The position numbers were made by a program, and so were the translations under genes. A stretch of DNA of 64,000 bases. It comes from an uncultured Dehalococcoidia bacterium (GTDB lineage Bacteria > Chloroflexota > Dehalococcoidia > Dehalococcoidales > Fen-1064). Position 1 is the first letter of the stretch; each line of letters begins with the position of its first letter. The DNA is taken from assembly GCA_903916765.1 (NCBI GenBank), contig CAIWXV010000102.1, positions 3,506 to 67,505 of the forward strand. The letters run 5' to 3'. This document shows positions 49,604 through 59,869 of the stretch, in pieces. A model generated the notes under the pieces. It made no database searches, was not told the origin of the DNA, and worked only from the letters and a program-made list of their open reading frames with translations.

Positions 49604-51070
49604 ATGTTGAGAACGTCTAAAGAGTATATCGACAGTCTGCGCCGGCTTAATTTGAACCTCTACCTGTTAGGTGAAAAAGTGGAAAACTGGGTAGATCATC
49701 CTATTATCCGCCCTTCGATTAATGCCATTGCCATGACCTATAAATTAGCACATGAACCTGAATCTCAATCTCTGGCAGTCGCCGATTCACTGATAAAAGG
49801 AGAAAAGACTAATAAATTCAACTCGGTTTTTAAGAGTACCGATGACCTGGTGAAGAAAATCAAGCTACAGAGATTACTCGGGCAGAGAACAGCCTGTTGC
49901 TTTCAGCGATGTGTAGGTATGGATGCCATCAATGCGATTTTCAGTACCACTTATGAAATTGACCAGAAACACGGGACGGAATACCATGCCCGATTTAAAG
50001 AATGGCTGAAATACATTCAGAAGAACGACCTCTGTGTATCGGGTGCTATGACCGATGTGAAGGGAAATCGTGGTTTGGCACCAAGTGAGCAAGCCGACCC
50101 GGATTTGTTTGTTCACATCGTTGAGCGGAGGAAAGACGGTATCGTTATCAAAGGTGCCAAAGCCCACCAGACCGGGGTGGCTAACGCTCACTATATGCTG
50201 ATTATGCCCACCATGCGGATGCGGGAAGCGGATAAGGATTATGCGGTTAGTTGCGCTATCCCCACCGATGCCGAAGGAATTTCTCTCATTTATGGGAGAC
50301 AACCCTGTGATACTCGCAAACTGGAAGGCGGTGATATAGATGTCGGCAATTACGGTTTCGGCGGACAGGAGGTATTGGTCATTCTTGATAACGTCTTCGT
50401 TCCCTGGGAGCGGGTCTTTATGTACGGCGAGTTTGATTTCTCAGGTATGCTGGTAGAGCGATTCGCTACTTATCATCGTCAGAGCTATGGCGGTTGTAAA
50501 CCGGGTGTCGGTGATGTCCTTATCGGTGCGACGGCATCGATGGCTGATTATAACGGTGTCCGCAAAGCATCTCATATCAGGGATAAAATCAGCGAGATGG
50601 TTCATCTTGCTGAAACGCTGTATGGTTGCGGCCTGGCATGTTCTTATGAAGGTTTTAAGACGGCATCAGGGAATTATCAGCCCGATATCCTTCTTGCAAA
50701 CGTTTGCAAGTTGAATGTCACCAGATTCCCGTACGAGCTTTGTCGATTGGCTGAAGATATTGCCGGTGGTTTATTAGTAACCACCCCTTCGGAAAAAGAC
50801 TTCAGACACCCGTTGATAGGTAAATACATTGATAAATATCTGAAAGGTGTCCCCAATGTTCCTACTGAGACACGCTATCGTATGTTGACGCTTATCCATG
50901 CGATGACTATGGGGTTGGTATCTCCCAGTTATCGTACTGAGTCAATGCACGGCGCCGGTTCGCCGCAAGCTCAGAAGATTATGATTGAGCGGGAGACGAA
51001 CTTCGAGTATAAGCAAAAATTGGCTCGCAGTATCGCTGGTATTGACCCCAGAGAAGACGTCCTGACGTAA
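49604..51070 (+). CDS. 4-hydroxybutyryl-CoA dehydratase/vinylacetyl-CoA isomerase family (AbfD/HpaB fold)
   Basis: ATG 49604 follows GGAGGGG. FeS-ligand-like pattern CCFQRC plus H-x6-C (HRQSYGGC). Confidence 0.8.
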   Translation: MLRTSKEYIDSLRRLNLNLYLLGEKVENWVDHPIIRPSINAIAMTYKLAHEPESQSLAVADSLIKGEKTNKFNSVFKSTDDLVKKIKLQRLLGQRTACCFQRCVGMDAINAIFSTTYEIDQKHGTEYHARFKEWLKYIQKNDLCVSGAMTDVKGNRGLAPSEQADPDLFVHIVERRKDGIVIKGAKAHQTGVANAHYMLIMPTMRMREADKDYAVSCAIPTDAEGISLIYGRQPCDTRKLEGGDIDVGNYGFGGQEVLVILDNVFVPWERVFMYGEFDFSGMLVERFATYHRQSYGGCKPGVGDVLIGATASMADYNGVRKASHIRDKISEMVHLAETLYGCGLACSYEGFKTASGNYQPDILLANVCKLNVTRFPYELCRLAEDIAGGLLVTTPSEKDFRHPLIGKYIDKYLKGVPNVPTETRYRMLTLIHAMTMGLVSPSYRTESMHGAGSPQAQKIMIERETNFEYKQKLARSIAGIDPREDVLT

Positions 51071-51128
51071 AAACAGCGTATAAGGCTAAAGTTCTGAAAT
51101 TCCTAGAGTAAGCAGAATCCAATGTTGC

Positions 51129-51157
51129 TTGACATTAATATGTGGTGCCCTTAGACT
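51129..51157 (+). promoter_or_regulatory. Candidate promoter of hisH-hisF
   Basis: TTGACA (51129-51134), 17 nt, TAGACT (51152-51157). Confidence 0.4.
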
Positions 51158-51202
51158 TTGATTACAGGTAGGAATGCAAATAACCCGAGTTTTATTCGAA
51201 CG

Positions 51203-51850
51203 ATGATAACGATTGTAGATTACGGTGCCGGTAATATCGGAAGTGTACAAAGAGCTTGTATGGAGATTGGCGTCAAATCCGTTGTCGTCAATACCCCTGC
51301 AGGCATCCAAAATGCCGAAAAAATAATTTTCCCCGGAATCGGCGCAGCACCTCCTGCGATGGATACTCTGAAACGGACAGGATTAGCTGCGGCATTAAAG
51401 CAGTCGTTCGAATCAGGGATTCCGATACTGGGGATTTGCATTGGCGCGCAGGTTGTTCTCGATAGTTCTGAAGAAGGGAAGACGCCTTGTCTCAGTTTCA
51501 TCCCCGGGACGACAGTTCGGTTTAAACTGCGAGATAAATCACTGAAAATTCCGCATATTGGGTGGAATGTAGTAAAGGTGGTTCAGTCTCATCCCTTGCT
51601 CGAAGGTATCGGGAAAGAAGATGAGTTCTATTTTGTTCACTCGTATTATCTAAAGCCTGCCGATAGTGAGAATATCTATGCCGTTACTGACTACGGTGGA
51701 GAATTTTGCTCTGCTATTGGACAGAAGAACCTGTTTGCGGTTCAATTTCATCCGGAGAAAAGCGGTCGGTTAGGTTTGCAAATGCTTAATCGTTTTGTCG
51801 GATGGGATGGGCGAGTTCCCTCGAAATCAACAGAGAGTAGGAGCCGATAG
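51203..51850 (+). CDS. hisH: Imidazole glycerol phosphate synthase, glutaminase subunit
   Basis: [15 protein letters not shown], nucleophile GICIGAQ, and FHPEKS. Confidence 0.9.
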   Translation: MITIVDYGAGNIGSVQRACMEIGVKSVVVNTPAGIQNAEKIIFPGIGAAPPAMDTLKRTGLAAALKQSFESGIPILGICIGAQVVLDSSEEGKTPCLSFIPGTTVRFKLRDKSLKIPHIGWNVVKVVQSHPLLEGIGKEDEFYFVHSYYLKPADSENIYAVTDYGGEFCSAIGQKNLFAVQFHPEKSGRLGLQMLNRFVGWDGRVPSKSTESRSR

Positions 51851-51852
51851 GG

Positions 51853-52632
51853 ATGCTCAGCAAGAGACTGATAGTATGTCTCGATGTTCGCGACGGCAAA
51901 CTTGCTAAAAGCATTAAATTCGTGAACACGAAGGACATTGGGGATCCGGTTCAAAAAGCCCGCCAGTATTATGAAGACGGAGTTGATGAACTGGTGTTCT
52001 ATGATATCACTGCATCGCAGAACAATCGGGATATTATGCTCGGTTTTGTCAAAGCAGTGGCTTCTCAAATCTTCATTCCTTTCTCAGTGGGTGGGGGTAT
52101 TCGTTCCGTAGAAGATGCTACGAAATTGAGATTGGCCGGTGCCGACAAGATAAACATCAATACAGCAGCAGTAAAACGAAAAGAACTCATCTCGGAAATT
52201 GCCGGTGCTATCGGTTCGCAGAGTACCATCCTTTCGATGGATGTCAGGAGAACGCAAAAGACTGCAGAGATTACTTCCGGTTATGAGATTGTCATAAATG
52301 ACGGCACTGCTCCGACTGGCATCGATGCTCTCAAATGGGCAAAATTGGGTGAAGAACTAGGAGCAGGGGAGTTAGTAATCAATTCCATCGACGCCGATGG
52401 CACTAAAGAAGGTTATGAGTTAATACTCACCCGGATGATTGCCGATAATGTGGGCATTCCGGTGATTGCCTCCGGTGGAGCCGGGAAACCGGAGCATGTT
52501 TACGAAGCGTTTACTGTCGGACATGCTGATGGGGCCCTGGTTGCTTCTATCGTCCATTACGGTGATTTTACCTGCCGACAATTGAAGGAATATCTCCATA
52601 ACCGTGGAATAAAGGTCAGAACCGGGTTTTAA
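51853..52632 (+). CDS. hisF: Imidazole glycerol phosphate synthase, cyclase subunit
   Basis: [18 protein letters not shown] and ASGGAG motifs. Confidence 0.93.
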   Translation: MLSKRLIVCLDVRDGKLAKSIKFVNTKDIGDPVQKARQYYEDGVDELVFYDITASQNNRDIMLGFVKAVASQIFIPFSVGGGIRSVEDATKLRLAGADKININTAAVKRKELISEIAGAIGSQSTILSMDVRRTQKTAEITSGYEIVINDGTAPTGIDALKWAKLGEELGAGELVINSIDADGTKEGYELILTRMIADNVGIPVIASGGAGKPEHVYEAFTVGHADGALVASIVHYGDFTCRQLKEYLHNRGIKVRTGF

Positions 52633-52760
52633 TTCTTCCTCTCGGCTTTCACTATTATGTAGATTTTGATAAGATTGGTATTACCCTAACATGTGATGAG
52701 TTTTGTAGTTTTTATTGAACATGAAGTCAAGCGGTGCATTATTAAGGAGGTTTAATTATT

Positions 52761-54107
52761 ATGGCAGGTAAAGGCAAGAGCGCAAAGAGCAAAGAATATA
52801 TTCTCAAAGTGGCGAAAGAAAATAATGTTAGGTTTGCCCACTTGTGGTTTACCGATATTCTTGGTACCCTCAAGAGTTTCTCCATCACTATAGATGAGTT
52901 GGAGGGCGCTCTCGAAGAAGGAATGGGCTTCGACGGCTCATCCATCGAAGGCTTTGCGCGTATCGATGAAAGCGATATGGTGGCATTACCCGACCCGGAC
53001 ACTTTCCAGCTTCTGCCGCCGAGACCGAATGAAAATCACACTGTCGCTCGCATGTTTTGTGATATTCTGAAGCCAGGTGGTCGCCCCTTTGAAGGTGACC
53101 CCAGATATGTCCTCAAGAAGAATCTGAAGAAAGCATCGGATTTGGGCTTCACATTCTACGTCGGTCCGGAACTGGAATACTTCTATTTCAAGGATGCGAA
53201 GAGTACGGAAGGACTGGATGCCGGCGGTTATTTCGACCTGACACCTCTGGATGCCGCTAACGACTTGAGAAGAGAAACCGTTATCACACTGGAACAAATG
53301 GGTATCGGCATCGAATATTCTCACCATGAAGCTGCTCCCAGCCAGCACGAAATCGATATGCGTTATACCGATGCTCTGACGATGGCAGACAGTGTTATGA
53401 CCTACCGTCTGGTGGTCAAGCAGGTTGCCATCAACCAGGGTGTTTATGCCACTTTTATGCCTAAGCCTGTATTTGGTATCAATGGTAGTGGTATGCATGT
53501 GCACCAATCACTCTTCAAGGGCGATAGAAATGCCTTCTTCGATGCGAAGGGTAAATATTATCTCTCCAAACTTGCCCGAAGCTATGTTGCCGGTTTACTG
53601 AAATATGCCCCGGAAATCACCTCCATCAACAATCAGTGGATTAACTCCTATAAGAGACTGGTTCCCGGTTACGAAGCCCCTTGCTATATCTCCTGGGCAA
53701 AACGTAACCGCTCCGACCTGATCCGTGTTCCTGAGTACCGACCGGGCAGAGAAAAGGCTACAAGAATCGAGCTGCGATCTCCCGACCCTGCCTGCAATCC
53801 TTACCTGTGCTTCAGTGTCATGCTCGCTGCTGGATTGAAGGGTATTGAGGAAGGGATGGAGCCACCCGAGCCGGTTGAGGAAAATGTCTATGAAATGAGT
53901 GCCGAAGAGCGTAAAGCTCGCGGGATTGCAACTTTACCTTCCAGTCTGGATGATGCCATTCGGCTTACGGAAAAAAGTAAATTGGTGAAGGAAGCCCTCG
54001 GCGACCATGTTTTCAATGCCTTCATCAAGAATAAGAAAGTAGAGTGGGACCAGTACCGTATCCATGTAACCAAATATGAAATCGATAAGTACTTACCCAT
54101 TTTGTAA
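52761..54107 (+). CDS. glnA: Glutamine synthetase type I (alpha-like, no NLYDLP adenylylation motif)
   Basis: 448 aa. GSSIEGF and NGSGMHVHQSL motifs. The adenylylation-site region reads ENVYEMSAEERK. RBS AAGGAGG. Confidence 0.95.
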   Translation: MAGKGKSAKSKEYILKVAKENNVRFAHLWFTDILGTLKSFSITIDELEGALEEGMGFDGSSIEGFARIDESDMVALPDPDTFQLLPPRPNENHTVARMFCDILKPGGRPFEGDPRYVLKKNLKKASDLGFTFYVGPELEYFYFKDAKSTEGLDAGGYFDLTPLDAANDLRRETVITLEQMGIGIEYSHHEAAPSQHEIDMRYTDALTMADSVMTYRLVVKQVAINQGVYATFMPKPVFGINGSGMHVHQSLFKGDRNAFFDAKGKYYLSKLARSYVAGLLKYAPEITSINNQWINSYKRLVPGYEAPCYISWAKRNRSDLIRVPEYRPGREKATRIELRSPDPACNPYLCFSVMLAAGLKGIEEGMEPPEPVEENVYEMSAEERKARGIATLPSSLDDAIRLTEKSKLVKEALGDHVFNAFIKNKKVEWDQYRIHVTKYEIDKYLPIL

Positions 54108-54128
54108 ATCGAGACTAGTTTTTAAATT

Positions 54129-54168
54129 AAAAAGGCTGGTGGTCTTAAACTACCAGCCTTTTTGTTTG
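54129..54168. terminator. Bidirectional-looking terminator after glnA
   Basis: AAAAA-GGCTGGTGG-TCTTAAA-CTACCAGCC-TTTTTGTTTG. Confidence 0.7.
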
Positions 54169-54204
54169 TCGAGATTTCAGAGTATTAATGCAGGGCGTTC
54201 TGTC

Positions 54205-54400
54205 TTATGACGGAGTAAAGAACTGATAACTGCTGTTACCTTCAGGCGCTATGATTTTAGGAGGATTATCTCCTAGTTTGTCTCTCAGCCTTTTAACGTA
54301 TGATTCTATCAGACTGTTGTCAGAATAGTCTCGTTACCATACCTTTTTCGGTACTCTTTTTAGTAAGGGTTGTGCCTCTGGAAAAAGTTATGCATAGTCG
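54205..54400 (-). pseudogene. Decayed C-terminal fragment of an OmpR-family response regulator (winged helix)
   Basis: The minus strand reads ...LLKRVPKKVW*RDYSDNSLIESYVKRLRDKLGDNPPKIIAPEGNSSYQFFTPS*. There are in-frame stops at 54334-54336 and further upstream, and no receiver domain. Confidence 0.6.
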
Positions 54401-54484
54401 GTCAAGATAATATTCGGAGACTATCAAAAGACCTAATCTTTAAGTATAATTAGATGGTAAGCTGAGAATCGGGAGGATTTGTTC

Positions 54485-55795
54485 GTGTCAAAAATAAACC
54501 CGCAGGCAATGGAACTCAATAATGTTATCAAGACTCTCAGTCCAACAGTGTATGGGCTGTTATCTCAAAGAGGTAAAGGAATTTATTTTCCTAGGAAAGG
54601 TATCCTTGCACAGGGGATGGCGGCCAAAGGAAAGGAAATAAACGCTACGATAGGTACTGCCTACGAGGATGACGGTAAACCGATGGTTTTAGCCAGCATT
54701 GCCCGTCAGCTTGAACTCGATAGCAAAGATGCGTTTCCCTATGCTCCGAGTGAAGGTATCAAACCTTTGAGAGATAAATGGAAAGAACTGATAAGAGAGA
54801 AGAACCCTTCTCTCGGAACGACGGAAATCAGTTTACCGGTGGCTACTTGCGGAGTTACTCATGGATTAAGCATCGTGGGTTATATGTTTGTTGAGCCGGC
54901 GGATAGTGTTATCCTTGCCGATCTCTTCTGGGAAAATTACGAGCTGTTATTTACTAATGGATACGATGCTGAGCTGAAGTTCTTCAATTTCTTCAAAAAT
55001 AATTTGTTCGATATCGATTCATTCAGGGAAACGGTCAATGCAAAGCCCGCCGGGAAGAAAATCGTGCTGTTGAATTTCCCCAATAACCCTTCCGGTTATA
55101 CGCCCACCAAAGATATGGAGAAGACGATAGTTGAGGCACTGACGGAATCTGCAAAAGCCGGTAATAAATTAGTGGTTATTCTGGATGATTCTTATTTCGG
55201 GCTTGTTTTCGAAGAGGGAATATTTACCGAATCGCTATTCTCGCAGCTGTCTCAGGCTCATGAGAATTTGCTAGCGATAAAGCTCGATGGTATGACAAAG
55301 GAAGAATATGCCTGGGGTTTCCGTGTGGGATTCATAACCTACGGTATAAAGAACGGCAATGCCACATTATATAAGGCCCTGGAAGATAAGACAGCCGGGG
55401 CTGTCCGAGGAACTATTTCCAATGCTCCTCATTTGTCTCAGTCACTCGTTTTAAAGGCCTTACAGTCCGCAACCCATGAGAAGGAAAAAGAAAGCAATAA
55501 AGAGAAGATGAAGGGGCGGTATTTAAAGTTTAAGGCAGTTATTGCGGCGCATAAAGAATACAAGGAACAGTTTGAAGCGTTGCCGTTTAATTCCGGGTAT
55601 TTTATGTGTGTCAGGCTGAAGAATCTGAATGCAGATGAAGTCTGGGATTTGTTATTGAAGAAATACAGCACAGGAGTCATCTGTTACAGTGAAAAGAACT
55701 TGCTGCGTATTGCTTTTGCTTCGACCCCGCTCGATAAAATAGAGAAGTTATTTAATAATATCTATTCTGCTTGCAAAGATTGCACTGTGAACTAA
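54485..55795 (+). CDS. Class I/II PLP-dependent aminotransferase
   Basis: NFPNNPSGYTP motif. GTG 54485 lies 8 nt after GGAGG, whereas TTG 54479 is too close to the SD. Confidence 0.85.
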   Translation: MSKINPQAMELNNVIKTLSPTVYGLLSQRGKGIYFPRKGILAQGMAAKGKEINATIGTAYEDDGKPMVLASIARQLELDSKDAFPYAPSEGIKPLRDKWKELIREKNPSLGTTEISLPVATCGVTHGLSIVGYMFVEPADSVILADLFWENYELLFTNGYDAELKFFNFFKNNLFDIDSFRETVNAKPAGKKIVLLNFPNNPSGYTPTKDMEKTIVEALTESAKAGNKLVVILDDSYFGLVFEEGIFTESLFSQLSQAHENLLAIKLDGMTKEEYAWGFRVGFITYGIKNGNATLYKALEDKTAGAVRGTISNAPHLSQSLVLKALQSATHEKEKESNKEKMKGRYLKFKAVIAAHKEYKEQFEALPFNSGYFMCVRLKNLNADEVWDLLLKKYSTGVICYSEKNLLRIAFASTPLDKIEKLFNNIYSACKDCTVN

Positions 55796-55827
55796 AGGCG
55801 TGGCCATCCCAAGGGACAGGCGTTTTA

Positions 55828-55862
55828 AGAGATGGTATCTGAATGAGGCCATCTCTTTTCTA
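55828..55862 (+). terminator. Rho-independent terminator after the aminotransferase gene
   Basis: AGAGATGG-N13-CCATCTCT followed by TTTCTATT. Confidence 0.6.
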
Positions 55863-56097
55863 TTGTAATTCCTCTAAAATTCCCTTTGCTTTTTGAGTTA
55901 AAGCTGGGTCAGTGTTTAGTTCGATGACCATATTGAAGTCATTAAGAAATATGCAAGAGAAATTACCAGAATCGCCGCTATTATTCCGCCCTCTTGACAA
56001 GAACTCCTTTTTTATGTTACGAATAATACGTAATAATTTTAACCTTTATTATTCCGGATTCATTGTTTTTCTAGCCAGAGGTTTGTGTTATCCCGAT

Positions 56098-57735
56098 ATG
56101 TCAAAATACATTTTTGTGACTGGTGGTGTTGTTAGTTCTGTTGGTAAAGGCATCACTGTCGCTTCCATCGGCACCATTCTCAAAAGTCGTGGCTTGAGTG
56201 TTTCCGTTCAGAAACTTGATCCCTATTTGAATGTTGACCCTGGAACGATGTCTCCTTACCAGCATGGGGAAGTATTTGTCACTCAAGATGGGGCTGAAAC
56301 CGACCTCGACCTGGGGAATTACGAAAGATTTATCGATATCAATTTGACACAGGACTCGAATGTTACCTCAGGACAGATATATAGTTCTGTGATTTCTAAA
56401 GAAAGACATGGGGATTTTCTCGGCGGTACGATTCAGGTTGTGCCCCATGTTACCAATGAAATCAAAAGCCGCTTCAAAAAATTAGCAGAAAAATCGAAGG
56501 CGGATGTTATTCTGATTGAAGTCGGGGGTACGGTCGGGGATATCGAAGGTTTACCCTTCCTGGAAGCAATCCGACAGATGAGAAAGGATGCAGGACGTGA
56601 TAACGTCTTGTACATTCACGTAACTCTTCTCCCTTACCTCAAATCTAGCCAGGAACTCAAGACCAAACCCACCCAGCACAGCGTTAATGAATTACGCAGG
56701 ATAGGTATCCAGCCAGATGTAATTGTCTGCCGCAGTGATTATCCGATTGCGGATAATTTGAGAGATAAGATCTCGCTCTTCTGTGATGTCGAGAAGGAAG
56801 CGGTCATTCCTTTACCGACTGTTTCGACTGTCTATGAAGTACCCATTGTGCTTGAGCAGGAGAAGCTGGGGCAGTTGATTATCGATAGGCTGGGTCTTAA
56901 TGTAAACCAGACCGACCTGAAAGAGTGGCGTAGTTTAATCATACGTCTCAAAGAACCTCACGAGCCGGTTAGTATCGCTCTGGTCGGCAAGTATGTGGAG
57001 CTGGAAGATGCCTATTATTCGGTGAGAGAAGCGTTGAAACATGCTGCTATTTATCATAATCGGGATTTGAAGCTTATCTGGGTGCAATCCGAACATCTGG
57101 GGAAACAGGAAGATATCGATTCACTACTGAAATCAGCCCAGGGTATAATCATACCCGGTGGATTTGGTGTTAGAGGTATCGAAGGTATGGTTAAGGCAGC
57201 GAATTATGCCCGTGTTAATAAAATACCTTACCTGGGATTGTGTTTAGGAATGCAGGTGATGGTAATCGAGTTTGCCCGCCATGTTTTTAATTCCAGCAGC
57301 CCTAACTCTACTGAATTCGACCCTGCTACTTCTTATCCGGTCATCGACCTGATGCCCGACCAGAAAACCATTGCCAGCAAGGGACATACGATGCGGTTGG
57401 GTAATTATCCATGTCAATTGGTGAATGGTACACATGCTAGTGAGGCTTACGGACAGGAATTGGTTCAAGAACGGCACCGCCATCGCTATGAATTCAATAA
57501 TGATTTCCGGCAGATTTTGCAGGAAAAAGGTTTGGTTCTAAGCGGACTTTCACCGGATGGCAATCTGGTGGAGATATCTGAGGTAACAGACCATCCGTGG
57601 ATGGTAGCCTGTCAATTCCATCCCGAATTTGGTTCTCGTCCTAATCGCCCCCATCCGTTATTCCGTGATTTCATTGGGGTTGCTAAGGATGTTCTTAGAG
57701 AAGGCGCTCAGACGGTATTACCTTTGGCGCCCTAG
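56098..57735 (+). CDS. pyrG: CTP synthase
   Basis: ATG 56098 gives [18 protein letters not shown]. GATase GLCLGMQ and HRHRYE. The 62 codons upstream in the ORF track are AT-rich non-homologous leader. Confidence 0.95.
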   Translation: MSKYIFVTGGVVSSVGKGITVASIGTILKSRGLSVSVQKLDPYLNVDPGTMSPYQHGEVFVTQDGAETDLDLGNYERFIDINLTQDSNVTSGQIYSSVISKERHGDFLGGTIQVVPHVTNEIKSRFKKLAEKSKADVILIEVGGTVGDIEGLPFLEAIRQMRKDAGRDNVLYIHVTLLPYLKSSQELKTKPTQHSVNELRRIGIQPDVIVCRSDYPIADNLRDKISLFCDVEKEAVIPLPTVSTVYEVPIVLEQEKLGQLIIDRLGLNVNQTDLKEWRSLIIRLKEPHEPVSIALVGKYVELEDAYYSVREALKHAAIYHNRDLKLIWVQSEHLGKQEDIDSLLKSAQGIIIPGGFGVRGIEGMVKAANYARVNKIPYLGLCLGMQVMVIEFARHVFNSSSPNSTEFDPATSYPVIDLMPDQKTIASKGHTMRLGNYPCQLVNGTHASEAYGQELVQERHRHRYEFNNDFRQILQEKGLVLSGLSPDGNLVEISEVTDHPWMVACQFHPEFGSRPNRPHPLFRDFIGVAKDVLREGAQTVLPLAP

Positions 57736-57763
57736 ATTTTGAGAAGTGGAGTTAAGGTAAAAG

Positions 57764-58411
57764 ATGCGTATTTTTCTGGATACAGCGAACATCGAACAAA
57801 TCAGAAATGCCGTCAAACTCGGCGTTATCAGCGGTGTGACGACTAATCCCAGCCTTGTTTCTAAAGAAGGCACTAGTGACTACGAATCCGTCGTCAAAAC
57901 CATTTGCGGTATTGTCGAAGGTTCTGTTTCCGCTGAAGTTCTGGCAGAAGATGCTAAGGGGATGGTTGAAGAAGGTCGTGTAAAGGCTTCATGGGCGCCC
58001 AATGTCGTGGTTAAAATACCCATCACTACTGCCGGGTTGGAAGCCACCTCCATTCTCAGCAAGGAAGGCATCGGGGTTAATGTGACACTGTGCTTCTCTG
58101 CCAATCAGGCACTTTTGGCGGCACTTGCCGGTGCAACCTATATCAGTCCATTCGTCGGCAGGCTCGATGATATCGGACAAGACGGCATGCAGGTTGTAAA
58201 AGATATTGTGGAAGTATATAATCATTATAAATTACCCACACAGGTCATCGCTGCCAGTATTCGGCATCCTCTCCATTGTCTTGCCGCCGCTAAAGCGGGA
58301 GCACATATTGCGACGGTTCCTTACAATGTATTATTGCAGATGGTCAACCATCCGCTAACCGATATTGGCATCAGCCGTTTTCTCAGTGACTGGAAGCGTG
58401 TTTCTCGATGA
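57764..58411 (+). CDS. Short transaldolase / fructose-6-phosphate aldolase (TalC/Fsa type)
   Basis: 215 aa. FLDTAN, GVTTNPS and Schiff-base region VVKIP. Confidence 0.9.
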   Translation: MRIFLDTANIEQIRNAVKLGVISGVTTNPSLVSKEGTSDYESVVKTICGIVEGSVSAEVLAEDAKGMVEEGRVKASWAPNVVVKIPITTAGLEATSILSKEGIGVNVTLCFSANQALLAALAGATYISPFVGRLDDIGQDGMQVVKDIVEVYNHYKLPTQVIAASIRHPLHCLAAAKAGAHIATVPYNVLLQMVNHPLTDIGISRFLSDWKRVSR

Positions 58412-58565
58412 TTAGTAACTGAGATATTGAAGCCATCTTTAATGAGCATTGTTTTGCTCTATTATTTTCATATTTTTAATACAGACGATTATCGTCATTA
58501 TAAAAATTATCTTAAACAACAAATTTATAACATTCGAACATGGAAGTTCGGGCGGAGGTCAGGAA

Positions 58566-59831
58566 ATGGATATCAGTCAATTGGAAAGTAAAACTAAGGA
58601 AGAGCTGCTTGAGGTCGCTAAGGACATGGAATTACCCGACTGTTCAAGTCTGGAAAAGCCGGACCTTATCCGACGTTTGCTGCAGGCAGATGCCGGGCAA
58701 CAGGGTAATATCTTTTGTAGCGGCATCCTGGAAATAATGCCGGACGGTTATGGTTTTTTGAGACAGAGCAGTTTACTCCCCAGCCAAGCTGATATCTATG
58801 TTTCCCAGTCACAAATCAGACGCTTCGGATTGCGCAATGGCGATAAAGTTACCGGTCAGGGCAGACCGGCACGCGCCGGGGAAAAATACATCAGTCTGCT
58901 CAAAATCGAAGCCATTAATGACCTCAACGCAGAGAATGCCAGAACCCGTCCCAACTTCGCTTCTTTGACTCCTACCTTCCCGGATAGACTGATTAATCTG
59001 GAAATCCCGGGGAATAGTCTCTCGACCCGACTTCTCAATTTGATTGCACCTGTCGGTAGAGGACAGCGCGGCTTGATTGTTTCTCCGCCGAAAGCCGGTA
59101 AGACAATCTTGCTCAAGTCCATCGCCAATGCCATCACCACCAATTATGAAGATATTCACCTGCTTGTCTGTCTCATCGGTGAACGTCCTGAAGAGGTTAC
59201 GGATATGAAGCGCTCTGTCAGAGGTGAAGTTGTTGCCGCTACTTTCGATGAGCCGGTAGAGGATCATACCCGTGTGGCAGAATTAGCCTTGGAAAGAGCC
59301 AAGCGTATTGTGGAAAGCGGCAAAGATGTGGTTATCCTGCTGGATGGTATTACACGTTTAACACGCGCTTATAATCTGGCAATGCCGTCAAGCGGCCGTA
59401 CCCTTTCCGGTGGTATCGACCCCGCGGCACTGCACCCTGCCAAACGTTTCTTCGGTGCTGCCAGAAATACCGCCGAAGGCGGCAGTCTCACTATCCTTGC
59501 TACTTGTCTGGTAGATACCGGTAGCCGTATGGACGACTTAATTTATGAAGAGTTCAAAGGCACGGGTAATATGGAAGTGCATCTCGACCGCCGTCTTGCG
59601 CAACGCCGTATTTATCCTGCTATCAATATTGAACTTAGCGGTACCAGACGTGAGGAATTACTGCTCGATGAACAGACCTTGAAGCAGGTCTGGCTATTGC
59701 GCCGGATGGCGGCGATGATTTCCGCCGATTCCGTGAACTTTGTCGAGGCTACGGAAAGAGTGCTGGAACGCCTGCAAAAAGCAAAGACCAATGCAGAGTT
59801 CCTGATGAATCTTACTAAAGACGTAGATTAA
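58566..59831 (+). CDS. rho: Transcription termination factor Rho
   Basis: ATG 58566 follows GGAGG. GYGFLR RNA-binding motif and Walker A PPKAGKT. Confidence 0.95.
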   Translation: MDISQLESKTKEELLEVAKDMELPDCSSLEKPDLIRRLLQADAGQQGNIFCSGILEIMPDGYGFLRQSSLLPSQADIYVSQSQIRRFGLRNGDKVTGQGRPARAGEKYISLLKIEAINDLNAENARTRPNFASLTPTFPDRLINLEIPGNSLSTRLLNLIAPVGRGQRGLIVSPPKAGKTILLKSIANAITTNYEDIHLLVCLIGERPEEVTDMKRSVRGEVVAATFDEPVEDHTRVAELALERAKRIVESGKDVVILLDGITRLTRAYNLAMPSSGRTLSGGIDPAALHPAKRFFGAARNTAEGGSLTILATCLVDTGSRMDDLIYEEFKGTGNMEVHLDRRLAQRRIYPAINIELSGTRREELLLDEQTLKQVWLLRRMAAMISADSVNFVEATERVLERLQKAKTNAEFLMNLTKDVD

Positions 59832-59869
59832 TTCTTGCCGGCCTGATTCCGGACCCGTTGGAGAAAAAG

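Noticed and set aside
55985-56025. TTGACA-containing promoter for pyrG
   Set aside because: No acceptable -10 hexamer lies at 16-19 nt spacing, so the call would be guesswork.
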